64,000 nucleotides of DNA. Source: Candidatus Cloacimonadales bacterium (GTDB taxonomy: Bacteria; Cloacimonadota; Cloacimonadia; Cloacimonadales; JAIOQZ01). The notes under the pieces were generated by a model. That model was given only the letters and a program-made list of their open reading frames with translations, searched no databases and was not told where the DNA came from. The stretch lies in NCBI GenBank assembly GCA_963662655.2, contig CAXXTU010000002.1:2848001-2912000 (forward strand), read 5' to 3'. The position numbers and the translations under genes are program-made. Positions 21,447 to 32,252 of this stretch are shown here, in pieces. How positions within the stretch are numbered: position 1 is the first letter of the stretch; the number at the start of each line of letters is the position of its first letter.

Positions 21447-22892
21447 ATGCGGATATCAATCATTTCAATCATCGTACTGGCTTGTGTACAGTTGTCGGCG
21501 TCAAGCAGTCTGCCGACACTTATTCAACGTTTCGAGCGCGGAGACTGGGGTTACCAGGAGATTGAGGTAAATCTCGGTAGCATGTATGAACAAGCAAACA
21601 ACAATTACAATTATCCAGAACCCAACACCAACTATCCCAGCAATAATGGTTTCGTAAGTGATGAAAGCATTAGAGAGACTACTGATTACGGGTATAACGC
21701 CTCCTTCGGCTACAATCGAGTGAGAGAAAGCGAAAAGACCTGCTATGATTTCTCCATCAAACCAAGGTTCATGTGGACACGCTCTAACTGGGAATACCGT
21801 AATTACACCGATGAAAATGGAAATACCGCTTTGGATCATGAAAATTACGAGCGCATGGATGAGCTTGGCGCGGACATTGAGTTCGATTCCCAGCAATACA
21901 TAGCCGATGACTTTTTCCTTTCAGCGGATACTGAATTGTCCGGCTACAGTTCAAACTACAAGAGTCAAGATGATTCAGGAGACATCAACGAGATTTCGGG
22001 TGGGTATATGGATATAGATATGAGACTTGGAGTAGGATATGGGCGAGTTCACGATGTGACAAATCTGGTCCGCGCAAAGCGCATGGCCGGCCTTCTTTCG
22101 AATCGTCACGGCATCGAATTGAGCGATGAACAGATTCTGCTCCTTGCGCAGTATCTCGATAGCCAGACAGCCTATACGTCCGTGTTCGACTGGTTTGACA
22201 ACGCATCCGATTCGAGCTTCTGGCGCGATGCGATGTCTGCGCTTGGCTTGCAGCTCACATACGATCAGTTTCTCGACATGACCCGTGAAGCACGAGAGGG
22301 TACCCTTTTGCGGCGAAGACAGGGCTACTCTTATGAGTTCGGGATTTTGCTTGGGCATGAGCAATCTGAACGCGAGAAAAAGTTTTCTGATTCCTATTCC
22401 CGGGATAAGGAAAACTTTGAATCCGAAATGATCAGACGCGGATTCTACGGTGAAATCGGCTACTGGATTAACACTTCGGTGCGTGACCAGATCAGCTTCT
22501 CATTTCCTGTTAGTCTGACTCTTTCGAACTACGAATCTACGCGGGAATCTGATGATAATCCCAAATACGATTATGACTTCGATTTCATACTGCTTTCAAT
22601 CACTCCGGGCATTGCGTACCTGATTCAAGTGACCGACCGGATCGGTTGCGAACTCCAGGCGAATGCGCAGTTCCATGTCTTTGACCGGGATGTCAAGTAC
22701 AGCTACCTGAGTTATGATTTCGGGGCAGAACTGACAAGCTATCTCAGCGAATCCACAAGACTTGTTTTCAACGCGGGTTACGAGCGCACAAACTACTACG
22801 ATCACGAAGCGATTGAAAACGGCGGAAGAGTCCATGATCGCTGGCTGATGAACCTGCAAGTTCAGTGGCGACCGTTCTCCTCGATGTTTTAA
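21447..22892 (+). CDS. Hypothetical secreted/outer-membrane beta-barrel-like protein
   Basis: Signal peptide; aromatic-rich alternating strands; C-terminal F. Confidence 0.65.
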   Translation: MRISIISIIVLACVQLSASSSLPTLIQRFERGDWGYQEIEVNLGSMYEQANNNYNYPEPNTNYPSNNGFVSDESIRETTDYGYNASFGYNRVRESEKTCYDFSIKPRFMWTRSNWEYRNYTDENGNTALDHENYERMDELGADIEFDSQQYIADDFFLSADTELSGYSSNYKSQDDSGDINEISGGYMDIDMRLGVGYGRVHDVTNLVRAKRMAGLLSNRHGIELSDEQILLLAQYLDSQTAYTSVFDWFDNASDSSFWRDAMSALGLQLTYDQFLDMTREAREGTLLRRRQGYSYEFGILLGHEQSEREKKFSDSYSRDKENFESEMIRRGFYGEIGYWINTSVRDQISFSFPVSLTLSNYESTRESDDNPKYDYDFDFILLSITPGIAYLIQVTDRIGCELQANAQFHVFDRDVKYSYLSYDFGAELTSYLSESTRLVFNAGYERTNYYDHEAIENGGRVHDRWLMNLQVQWRPFSSMF

Positions 22893-22908
22893 AAGAAGGA
22901 ATCTCTCA

Positions 22909-23005
22909 AGGATTGCGCCTTTCCAGGTGGGGTGGAGAGGCGCAGTATTTTTCGCGCCACGTTGCACGGGAAGCATGGTTGTCCGGAACTCGTAACAAGC
23001 AATTC
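22909..23005 (+). repeat. Degenerate direct repeat copy 2
   Basis: Matches 21251-21342; non-coding copy. Confidence 0.8.
22914..22952 (+). terminator. Probable intrinsic terminator within repeat copy 2
   Basis: TGCGCCTTTCCA-N7-TGGAGAGGCGCA then GTATTTTT. Confidence 0.6.
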
Positions 23006-23119
23006 TGAAAACCTTATCGTTTCATTCCACGGAACTTTACGAAAATATTAATTGCCACATTATCGACTTTTCTGAAATTTTACCCAATAATGTGCGTTAT
23101 ATACTCTGAAGGGGGTTTA

Positions 23120-26100
23120 ATGTCTCCAAAAACATATTGGATAATGCTATTTCTGCTGCTCTCTACCCTTGCCTGGGGAATGCCGCCTCACCCCGGAAAG
23201 CAGGATACCTCCGCGTATCCGGAGGTGAAGATCATGCGCAGGGGCGCGACGGTCAGCAAGACGCGAGTGGACGCAATCCCGCAAACCGTTTTGGCGATCA
23301 TGGTGGAATTTGCAGACGTGAAGTTCGACGAAGTCGCGGACGAGCCGGATAATCTGGCGCACGATTCAACGTTTGTCGATGCCGGAATGCGACATTTGCA
23401 GGAGTTCTGGCAGGACGCCTCTCATGGAAATTACATCTTCGATTACGACGTGTACGATCGCGTTGTTCTCTCGAAGAACATGACTTACTACGGCGACGAC
23501 GACTATCGCGAGCGGATCGTGGAAATGGTAGAGGAAACGGTCGACCTGATCGATCCGGTTATCGATTTCAATAACTACGACGCCTACATCATCTTCCATG
23601 CGGGAGCGGGACAGGAATCCGATCTTCACGATTCGAATCCCGGAACGATCTGGAGTACGTTCGTGAATTACTGGGACATGAAGGAAGTGTACGATCCGGA
23701 CGACGAGAACCCGGACTTCATGGGGATTCCAACGCAAGACGGCCCCTATATGACCGAAGTCTCCATCGTGCCTGAGAGTCAGCGCCACTCCGATTTTACA
23801 CCGGATGATCCCATCCTGGGGCTGCTGGGCGTGCTCGCCCACGAGTTCGGGCATCAATTGGGGCTACCGACGCTGTACGACAACTATTCGAGCAACGGAA
23901 GATCCTCCGGTATCGGTAATTTCGGCGTAATGGGTACCGGCGCCTGGAACGCGCTTGGATACGTACCGCCAATGCCTTGCGCCTGGAGCAGAGCGTATCT
24001 GGGCTGGGAGAATGTAATCGAGATCAATGAGAATTTCCAGAACGCCGAGATCGATTACGTCCTCTCCGACGACGCGACCACCACGAAGGTTTATAAAGTC
24101 CCGATTACCGATAAAGAGTACTTCCTGCTGGAAAACAGGCAGCAAAACCCCGATGGAAGCACATCGCAAGCAACCGGCGAACCCAGCTTCACTTTCGCGC
24201 TCCTCGATGAGGGACAGGAATACTATCCCGAGGGACACGACAACGCGGGTGATCCGCGGTTCAACTGGGTTAAAAACTCCTACCTGGGTTGCGAGTGGGA
24301 CTTCTATCTTCCCGGATACGGCGGACCGGAGGTTCCCGTTCAGGACGGAAACGATGTCGAAGACAGGATCATCGACGGCTCGGGAATTCTCATCTGGCAC
24401 ATCGACGAATATGTCATCGATGAATGTTTCACGCCGGATTTCGAGTACAACTGCATCAACGCCACGGCGAAGCACAAGGGCGTCGACCTCGAGGAAGCCG
24501 ACGGCGTTCAGCACATGGATTCCTATTACCCGGACGTCTGTCGCAGCGGTTCTCCTCGAGACGCCTATCGTGAAGGGAACAACAGCTATTTCGGTATGAG
24601 TGTCAATCCCGACAACGGAATGCAGTGGCTTCCGACGGCGGAAAGCTATTACGGGGGAACGCCCGTGGAAATCACCGATATCGGCCCGTCTGGCCTGGTG
24701 ATGGAATTCTCGGCAGTATTCGAGTGGAATCTCGATGCCGGATACGCCGGAACAAATCCTTTCCCCGCGCTCGTGGACGACTTCGACGAGGACGGCGTAC
24801 AGGAAATCTTCTACCCGATGCCCAATGGCGAACTGCACTTCTGGCGTGGCGACGAACCGCTCGTCGAAGGCGGTTTCCCCGAGAACATATTCCTCCAGGG
24901 CTCCATCGAGCAAATGTACGCTTACGACGAAGAGACAGACACCTTCCTGATTCCATGCAAGCAGGAAACGGGGTTCGCTTTCTCCTATATTTTCACGCCG
25001 AGAGACTCGACGTTTTTCAAACTCGAAACGTTCATGAATAAGTCATGGGCATGTCCTCCTGTCATTTTGCCCACTTCGGTGAACGGGTACAAGGCCCTGC
25101 TGCCTCTGCACAACGACACCGCATCCGAGATTGCGGTTCTGGACGAGAACTGGAATGTAGCCGTGACATGGCAGGAAGACGATTCGTTACGTACAAACCT
25201 GATCTACAATCAACACGATGAAGCGATTTATTCGTTCTATTGCTCCGGCGTGAACCAGTGGGTATTGCGAAAGCGTCCCTTGAACGACCCATTCAACCCA
25301 ACGGATAAAATTATCGGCGGTCTTTCAGATGTGGAAGCGCTGCCGTATATTTTGAGCGCCGATATCGATTACGATAACGCCGGAGACGAGATTATTCTCC
25401 TGAGTTCGGATCATCGCTTGTTTCTTCTTGACGAAAATGGGAATATCCTGCCAGATTTCCCATTGGCTTTGCCGGATGCGGCTTATGGCTGTCCATCCGT
25501 TTCAGACGTCGATGCCAACGGTACGCTGGACATCGTGATCGGATCCGAAAACTTCATCGTGATCGCGGGTTACAACGGAGAAATCCTCAACGCCCCGATC
25601 AAAGCGATCGAGCTGGCGGACACGCTGGGTGTTGCCGGTGGAGCGCTGGCGTTGAACCTCGATTCGGATAGCGGCCTCGAGATTCTCAGCACGGCTTCGT
25701 TGAATCGATTCTGTATCTGGAACGATCACTACTCGCTGGACGAGTATTCGAGATACAGCTCTCTGAGCAGGAATTATCCGGTTCCGGTTTCGAATGGAGA
25801 TGGCGGTATCAATGTCTATGTCCCTTCGGATTACGGTAAGATTTTCCGCTACGAGATTCCCGAAGCGGACGATAGCGTGCTGGACGCGATCTACTGGGAC
25901 AGCCCTTACGGTAACGCCTGCCGCACGGCAAGCTGGATTGGTCCGGAAGTTACCGCGCCTCCCGTTTCGAAGGGTGTTTTTGTGAGCGGAGAGGTGTACG
26001 TGTTTCCCAATCCGATCAGCGAGGTTTATCGCGACGATCTGACGTTCAACGTGAAAGTGAAGAAGGACGTCGAGGTCAAGGTTGGCGTCTATGATATCGC

Positions 26101-26260
26101 CGGTAACCTCGTGTGGGAACACAAGGCGGTATGCGATGCCAATATGCCGAACCGCGATAAATTCCGTATGGACACATCCAGGTTTTCGTCGGGATTGTAC
26201 TTCATCATGATGAGGGCGGGTGGCGAAACCAAGAAGCTGAAATTTGGAATAGAAAGATGA
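23120..26260 (+). CDS. M6 (immune inhibitor A-like) metalloprotease with FG-GAP-like repeats and T9SS-type CTD
   Basis: IFHAGAGQE, LAHEFGHQLGLPTLY, EYFLLENRQ, SGILIWHIDE; DFDEDGVQEI-type repeats; VYVFPNP...SSGLYF. Confidence 0.9.
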   Translation: MSPKTYWIMLFLLLSTLAWGMPPHPGKQDTSAYPEVKIMRRGATVSKTRVDAIPQTVLAIMVEFADVKFDEVADEPDNLAHDSTFVDAGMRHLQEFWQDASHGNYIFDYDVYDRVVLSKNMTYYGDDDYRERIVEMVEETVDLIDPVIDFNNYDAYIIFHAGAGQESDLHDSNPGTIWSTFVNYWDMKEVYDPDDENPDFMGIPTQDGPYMTEVSIVPESQRHSDFTPDDPILGLLGVLAHEFGHQLGLPTLYDNYSSNGRSSGIGNFGVMGTGAWNALGYVPPMPCAWSRAYLGWENVIEINENFQNAEIDYVLSDDATTTKVYKVPITDKEYFLLENRQQNPDGSTSQATGEPSFTFALLDEGQEYYPEGHDNAGDPRFNWVKNSYLGCEWDFYLPGYGGPEVPVQDGNDVEDRIIDGSGILIWHIDEYVIDECFTPDFEYNCINATAKHKGVDLEEADGVQHMDSYYPDVCRSGSPRDAYREGNNSYFGMSVNPDNGMQWLPTAESYYGGTPVEITDIGPSGLVMEFSAVFEWNLDAGYAGTNPFPALVDDFDEDGVQEIFYPMPNGELHFWRGDEPLVEGGFPENIFLQGSIEQMYAYDEETDTFLIPCKQETGFAFSYIFTPRDSTFFKLETFMNKSWACPPVILPTSVNGYKALLPLHNDTASEIAVLDENWNVAVTWQEDDSLRTNLIYNQHDEAIYSFYCSGVNQWVLRKRPLNDPFNPTDKIIGGLSDVEALPYILSADIDYDNAGDEIILLSSDHRLFLLDENGNILPDFPLALPDAAYGCPSVSDVDANGTLDIVIGSENFIVIAGYNGEILNAPIKAIELADTLGVAGGALALNLDSDSGLEILSTASLNRFCIWNDHYSLDEYSRYSSLSRNYPVPVSNGDGGINVYVPSDYGKIFRYEIPEADDSVLDAIYWDSPYGNACRTASWIGPEVTAPPVSKGVFVSGEVYVFPNPISEVYRDDLTFNVKVKKDVEVKVGVYDIAGNLVWEHKAVCDANMPNRDKFRMDTSRFSSGLYFIMMRAGGETKKLKFGIER

Positions 26261-26295
26261 CAGACGTGAAAAAGGATTATACCATGGGAGGTTCC

Positions 26296-27204
26296 ATGAG
26301 GAAATATATTTTACTGGGAATCGTGCTGATTGCGCTGGTTTCCCTCTATGCTCAGAAGGTCGATGGAAAATCGAGTGAATACGGTTTTCAGATGTTGAAG
26401 ATTCCCACCAGTGTCGCCGTTGCTGGAACCGGCGGAACCGGCGCGTTCTACGCCGAAGACGCCTTTGCGGTGAAAGCGCATCCCACCGCCGGTGTCGTGA
26501 ACCGGACTGAAAGCGTCTCGTTGAATTCCACCCAATGGCTGTTCGATACGCAACTGGTGAACCTGGGAATCAGCCACTCTTCCGGGAAATCTTCACTCGG
26601 GCTCATGATGCGTTACCTCGACTACGGCGATTTCGAGAATCGCGACGATCAGGCCACGCTGACCGGCGAGTACCACCCGATGGACCTGGATATCATGGTC
26701 AACTACGGGTATCGCGTCCATCCCGACCATTTCGTTGGCGTAAATATCAGCTTGCTGTATGAAAAAATCAATACGGCCTCCTGCTACGGCGTCTCGGGCG
26801 ACCTCGGTTATACATGGCTCACACCGTTCAAGGGACTTAAAGCCTACGCCACGATCAAAAACATTGGAACGACTTCCGAGATGTCTTCCGAGAAGATCGA
26901 AATCCCGATGGGCTACGAACTCGGTTTCGCCAAGGATTTCAGTCTGCCGAGCGTAACCTTGCAGGGCGATATGCGCATGATCAAGTACGAAGACGACGAC
27001 AACATGAAGATGAACCTTGGCGTTGCGGCGATCATGATGGACATCATCCGGCTGCGCGCCGGGTACAAAATCAACTATGACATTGAAGATGTTTCCGCCG
27101 GTATCGGCATCCACTGGAAGAGCTTGGGAGTCGATTATACCTGGATTCCGATCAAGGAAGAGATCGGCGACGTCCACATGATAGGATTGACATACGATTT
27201 TTAG
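26296..27204 (+). CDS. PorV/PorQ-family beta-barrel protein (divergent)
   Basis: GFQMLKIPTSV...HPTAG, YLDYG, LRAGY, GDVHMIGLTYDF. Confidence 0.75.
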   Translation: MRKYILLGIVLIALVSLYAQKVDGKSSEYGFQMLKIPTSVAVAGTGGTGAFYAEDAFAVKAHPTAGVVNRTESVSLNSTQWLFDTQLVNLGISHSSGKSSLGLMMRYLDYGDFENRDDQATLTGEYHPMDLDIMVNYGYRVHPDHFVGVNISLLYEKINTASCYGVSGDLGYTWLTPFKGLKAYATIKNIGTTSEMSSEKIEIPMGYELGFAKDFSLPSVTLQGDMRMIKYEDDDNMKMNLGVAAIMMDIIRLRAGYKINYDIEDVSAGIGIHWKSLGVDYTWIPIKEEIGDVHMIGLTYDF

Positions 27205-27233
27205 AAAATAACAGGCATTTATAAGGAGATTTC

Positions 27234-30200
27234 GTGGCAAAACGAATCGTTATCGCCATGCTGCTGCTATCAGCAGTTTTTGCGTATTCATTGGAGTATT
27301 CACCGAACGAGATGATTATTCGAACCTCCCGGCCGATGCAGTTACAGCGCGGCTCGTTTAACCTCGGTACGTTCGATTCATTTCTGCAGGAAAAAGAAGT
27401 TAGAGAAGTGAAGCCGATTCTGCAGAAGGAATCGGTTCAGTACTTTGTCGCCTCTTTTGATGAAGATTTGAACTGGGACGAGATTCGATCGAGCAATCAA
27501 CGGTTCGATGGCGTCGATTACATCCAGCCAAACTACCTGAATAGCTTCTATGTTACACCGAACGATCCCTATTTTGCCAACCAGCAACTTGGCCAGGTTT
27601 TTGTGCCTGAGGCATGGGAAACCGTTACCGGAAACGACCAGATCATCGTTGCGGTTATCGATTCGGGACTTCATTTCGAGCATCCGGATCTCCAGAACAA
27701 CGTCTTTATCAATCCCGGAGAAATCCCCGATAACGGAATCGACGACGACGGAAACGGATATATCGACGACTGGCATGGCTGGGATTTCGTGGATGCCCCC
27801 GAACTCTCGGACATCGCGATCGGCGATTACACCACGCAGGATAACGACCCGAGCGACGAAAACAAGCATGGAACGCACGTCAGCGGTATCATCTGTGCGG
27901 ACACCAACAATCACATCGGTGTCGCCGGTATAATGAACAATTGCCAGCTCCTGGTGATTCGCGCGGGTTTCCGTACCACGGAGGGCTACGGTTATCTCCA
28001 GGATGACGATAGCGCTGCCGCGATTGTTTACGCTGCGGACATGGGCGCGGATGTCATCAACCTGAGCTGGGGCGATACGAACTACTCGGATATTATCGCC
28101 GACGCCTGCCAGTACGCGTACGACCACGGAGCGATCATCGTCGCTTCCGCCGGTAACGATCCCGTGGCGGGTTTGAGCTATCCTGCAAAGCTTTCGACCA
28201 CCATCTCTGTTGGCGCTGTCGATGAGAACAACAATCAAGCCGGGTTCAGTAGTTTCGGCCCCAATCTCGATCTCGTAGCCCCCGGGCAGGAGATACTCAG
28301 TACCTATTTCGACGATGAAGGGAACGGAACCTACGACGAGCAGTCGGGTACTTCGATGGCGGCGCCGTTTGTAACCGGCGCGGTTGGTTTGTTGCTGTCG
28401 CACAACCCGAATCTCAACTTCCACGAAGTAAAGGCGAAGCTGGCGCAGAGCGCCGATGACGATAAAATTACTCCGGGGTACGATCACGATTTCGGAAACG
28501 GCATCTTGAATGTTGAAAGGCTTGTAGAAGAAGCTACGCTGCCTTTCATCGAGATCACGTATCCTGAAGAAAGCATGGGCCTGAACGAAAGCTTCGACAT
28601 CGTCGGCACGGTGACGTCGCCCAATTTCTTCCGATATTCCGTGATGTATTCCAGCGAAGTCTTGCCCGGCGATATGGACTGGTTCGACGTGGTCACACAC
28701 TCGAACACACCCGCATTTTACTACGATGAAGTGGAAGACGGCGTAATCGCGAGTTTCAACGTGCAAGACCTCTTCCCCGACGATACATACCTCATTCGAG
28801 TCGAGATTCTCACGACAGACGGCAAGCGTTACAGCTATCGTCGTACCGTGAATATCGACCAGACCGCGCCGGCGCTGAACGCGGACAATTTCTCCGTTTT
28901 CCGGCGTTACGAAGCGGAAATCCCGGTTAGCTTCATCAAAGCCGTTTACGATGAACCGGTTATCCTTCAGGCGGTGTGTACCTCTGCCGGAGGAACCGAG
29001 TACTCCGTTTTCAGCAACTACAGCGACACGCTGCAAGTCATTCGCATCCCGGAATCCATGCCGGAAGGTATTTACGATGTTCAGATGACGGCAACCAATG
29101 TTACCGGGCTGACAGGTGTTTCCGATATCTTCGAAGACGCGCTGCAGATAGAATTTTCGTCAGTCAACATCCACAACTACCAGCAGAATTACTCGGGGAT
29201 GGGCTTGGTATCCATACCCGTCCGGGGTTCCAGTAAACAAGAGTTTGTGGGCATGACAATGGGTTCGAGCTATGGCCCCGTTCAGTTTTACATGATTGAG
29301 AACAATCAAGTTATTGCGCAATCCGGCTCGATGTTCAACGACCAATTCTGGCCGCTTTCCACCGGTAATACCGATGCGGACCGCATGGAAGTTCTGGGTT
29401 TGCGCTTGGAAACGGTAACGCTCTACGAACAAGCTCCGGAAGCCAACCCCGAGGATTACGCTTTCGTAGCCCTGTGGAACAACCCCAGCGCTTCGGGCGG
29501 TAAATTCATCGATTACAACAACGACGGCGTCGATGAAATTATCGTTGTCCAGAATATAGCCGCCGGAAGAAATCTGGGTATCTACACACGGAGCGGAAGC
29601 AATTTTACAGAGAGATTTACTCTGACAAACAATACCACGACACTATCGAGAAACGTGTTCGTTCCCACCGTCTTCTGCGAGGATTTCGATGGAGACGGTC
29701 ATAAGGAAATCCTTGCCGCGGACATCGATGGCGACGTGATCATCTACGAGTATGACGGCAGTGGATTTAACCAGACATGGACAACACGGCTGCCGGTTAC
29801 CGAGGTCTATTATCTCGCGGTGGGCGATTTCACGGCCAACCGTCACACGGATTTCTGCGTCGGCGGCTATCAATCCGATGTCTCCGACCCGAACAAGACG
29901 TTCTGGTACTTCGACATCTTCACCGGCGTTGGCGACGATCAATACGAGTCTACCGGTTCGATCATGTTCAGCAAGGTGGAGTCGCAGAACTCGATTACAG
30001 CGGTGGATATCGATGACAACGGGGAAGACGAGCTTGTTTTCTCCCTGTCGCCCAATGTTTATGTCGTCGATTATGTCGACGACGAGTTTGTCCCCATCTG
30101 GTGCGGGTCCTCGGACAGAACCTACAATACGGTGGCGTTTCCCGCAACGGATACCCAGAGCGCGAAATTTGTCTGTAACCGGGAGCTGAACAACATCTAT

Positions 30201-31406
30201 TATTCATCGGTTGTATCTCCGGCAGAGGCATTTTCCGGGCCGGCCACGCCGCAGGGCTTCAGGGTAGCGCCCGTCGACGAGAATACCGCCACGCTCAACT
30301 GGAGCCAGGATGACGCGGACACGTATAGGATATATCGTAATTTCAACGGTGAAATTCAGGTGCTGGATGAAATTGCGGGAACATCCTATATCGATGACCA
30401 TCTGGAACCCGGAAACACGTACAAGTACGCGATATCGGCAATCGATACGGATATGAGTCCGTCGGAATCGCGTCTTACGTTGTGGAAGGAGATCACGGCG
30501 GCCGTTCCTCCGCAGCTCGAGTGGATCCAGATGGTGTCTCCCACGAGTATTCGTCTGAAGTTCGATAAGAAGCTGAATCTCGACGCGATCAACGTGGGGC
30601 ATTACAGCGTGAATCACGGTGTCGGGAATCCCGAATCCGCCATTATGACGGATACCCAGGAAGGCGTTCTGCTGCGGTTCAATTCTGTGTTCGATTACTA
30701 CCCGGATTACGTTCTCACGATCAAGGACCTCACGGGTGAATCGGGTGTCCCGATAACCGAGAACGAGATCGGATTCGTATTCGTGCAGGATGTGGACCCG
30801 CCGAACGTCAAGAACATCCAGATTATTACAAAGAAACAGATCAGGATCGTCTTTACCGAACCGGTGAAGGAAAGCGCAGGTTTGCTGTCCAATTACCATT
30901 TGAAGCTTCCGTCGGTCGATCAATCCAATTCGATCACTGCGGTGAGTCACTCGGACAGTGTCGTGATCGTGGACTTCAAGAAGGAACTGGTGTACACGTC
31001 CCAGGCTTATCAGCTCAAGATGTACAACATCGAGGACCTCTATGGCAATGCGTTGCCGAACGATAGCGATATTCAGGCTTTCAGCTTGACAGGCTTGGAG
31101 CCCTTGAAGAATCTTGAACACATGGTTGTCTATCCTAATCCATTCTACGCAAAGGATTTTCATGAAGTTCGGTTCATCAATCTGCCAAAGAATCAAAGCG
31201 GAACGATCTGGATTTATAACCTCAATGGCGATCTTGTTTTCGAAAAAGCATTGAATTCGTCATCCCTGACATCGCTCTCGAACGATGTCTATTTTGCTTG
31301 GCCCGCAACAAACAACCTGAGGAAGGATGTTGCGTCCGGCGTCTATTTTTACATTATCAAGATGGGCGGTGAGTACAAAAAAGGCACCATCTCGGTTATC
31401 CGATAG
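27234..31406 (+). CDS. S8 subtilisin-like serine peptidase with FG-GAP, FN3/Ig-like domains and T9SS-type CTD
   Basis: Catalytic triad motifs VAVIDSG, HGTHVSG, SGTSMAAP; VVYPNPF...ASGVYFYII. Confidence 0.92.
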   Translation: MAKRIVIAMLLLSAVFAYSLEYSPNEMIIRTSRPMQLQRGSFNLGTFDSFLQEKEVREVKPILQKESVQYFVASFDEDLNWDEIRSSNQRFDGVDYIQPNYLNSFYVTPNDPYFANQQLGQVFVPEAWETVTGNDQIIVAVIDSGLHFEHPDLQNNVFINPGEIPDNGIDDDGNGYIDDWHGWDFVDAPELSDIAIGDYTTQDNDPSDENKHGTHVSGIICADTNNHIGVAGIMNNCQLLVIRAGFRTTEGYGYLQDDDSAAAIVYAADMGADVINLSWGDTNYSDIIADACQYAYDHGAIIVASAGNDPVAGLSYPAKLSTTISVGAVDENNNQAGFSSFGPNLDLVAPGQEILSTYFDDEGNGTYDEQSGTSMAAPFVTGAVGLLLSHNPNLNFHEVKAKLAQSADDDKITPGYDHDFGNGILNVERLVEEATLPFIEITYPEESMGLNESFDIVGTVTSPNFFRYSVMYSSEVLPGDMDWFDVVTHSNTPAFYYDEVEDGVIASFNVQDLFPDDTYLIRVEILTTDGKRYSYRRTVNIDQTAPALNADNFSVFRRYEAEIPVSFIKAVYDEPVILQAVCTSAGGTEYSVFSNYSDTLQVIRIPESMPEGIYDVQMTATNVTGLTGVSDIFEDALQIEFSSVNIHNYQQNYSGMGLVSIPVRGSSKQEFVGMTMGSSYGPVQFYMIENNQVIAQSGSMFNDQFWPLSTGNTDADRMEVLGLRLETVTLYEQAPEANPEDYAFVALWNNPSASGGKFIDYNNDGVDEIIVVQNIAAGRNLGIYTRSGSNFTERFTLTNNTTTLSRNVFVPTVFCEDFDGDGHKEILAADIDGDVIIYEYDGSGFNQTWTTRLPVTEVYYLAVGDFTANRHTDFCVGGYQSDVSDPNKTFWYFDIFTGVGDDQYESTGSIMFSKVESQNSITAVDIDDNGEDELVFSLSPNVYVVDYVDDEFVPIWCGSSDRTYNTVAFPATDTQSAKFVCNRELNNIYYSSVVSPAEAFSGPATPQGFRVAPVDENTATLNWSQDDADTYRIYRNFNGEIQVLDEIAGTSYIDDHLEPGNTYKYAISAIDTDMSPSESRLTLWKEITAAVPPQLEWIQMVSPTSIRLKFDKKLNLDAINVGHYSVNHGVGNPESAIMTDTQEGVLLRFNSVFDYYPDYVLTIKDLTGESGVPITENEIGFVFVQDVDPPNVKNIQIITKKQIRIVFTEPVKESAGLLSNYHLKLPSVDQSNSITAVSHSDSVVIVDFKKELVYTSQAYQLKMYNIEDLYGNALPNDSDIQAFSLTGLEPLKNLEHMVVYPNPFYAKDFHEVRFINLPKNQSGTIWIYNLNGDLVFEKALNSSSLTSLSNDVYFAWPATNNLRKDVASGVYFYIIKMGGEYKKGTISVIR

Positions 31407-31434
31407 CTACACCGCAACTTGGAAAGGAGAATGA

Positions 31435-32244
31435 ATGATCTCGTTGGATTGGAAATACAGACTGAAAGAAGATGCCGAAGACTTCTTTAAACGCAAATTG
31501 CCGCAGGGCGATTACGATATCGAACTGATTTACAACGCCTATCCGGAAAGGATCGATGGGAAAATCCCCAAAGAGGTCGTGACGTTAGTGGCGAAAATCC
31601 TGGCCGGAAAGCTCGCCAGAAAGCCCGAACAGTACATGGAGTTGTACGATTACCTCTGGAGGAAGAAGGGCGAATACGGCAGGATCGCCCTGAGCTATAT
31701 CCTCGCCCGTGCGGTTAGGAAAAACCCCGCCGTGTTCCTTGATTACACTGGAAAGCTGGTGGAGAAGTCACACAATGAGCACGACGTGAATCTTCTGCTC
31801 GACAAGACCCTGTTCCCGCTTCTGAAATCGGAACCCCTGAAGCACGTCGATCTGGCGATCAAGTGGCTGAAATTCGATAACCCGGTTTCGCACAAGGCTG
31901 TCGTGAAGCTCCTCATCAAGCTTTGCAAGGCGGACGAAGAGCTGATCAAGCCGATTTTCAAGCGCCTGGAGAGCCTCTGGCTCTATGCCGATGCGGAAAT
32001 GGTGAAGGCGAACAGCCAGTTCATCAAGGCGATCCACAGGATCGATCCGGAATTCTACATCGAGATTTACCGAAGCTACAACAACACCCGTAATCCGGTG
32101 TTCGTGGAAATACTCGCTGGCGCGATCGTCGATTACGATCAGATTATCGAGGAAGCGGTGGCAAACTGGGTGAAGAGTGGAAACGCTCGATTGAAGAAGG
32201 CCGCGGTCGCTGCGGAAAAAATGCTGAGAAGAAAAAAGAAATGA
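31435..32244 (+). CDS. Hypothetical all-helical (HEAT/ARM-like) protein, possibly DNA alkylation repair family
   Basis: RBS AGGAG; helical composition; family assignment is tentative. Confidence 0.6.
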   Translation: MISLDWKYRLKEDAEDFFKRKLPQGDYDIELIYNAYPERIDGKIPKEVVTLVAKILAGKLARKPEQYMELYDYLWRKKGEYGRIALSYILARAVRKNPAVFLDYTGKLVEKSHNEHDVNLLLDKTLFPLLKSEPLKHVDLAIKWLKFDNPVSHKAVVKLLIKLCKADEELIKPIFKRLESLWLYADAEMVKANSQFIKAIHRIDPEFYIEIYRSYNNTRNPVFVEILAGAIVDYDQIIEEAVANWVKSGNARLKKAAVAAEKMLRRKKK

Positions 32245-32252
32245 GATAGATT

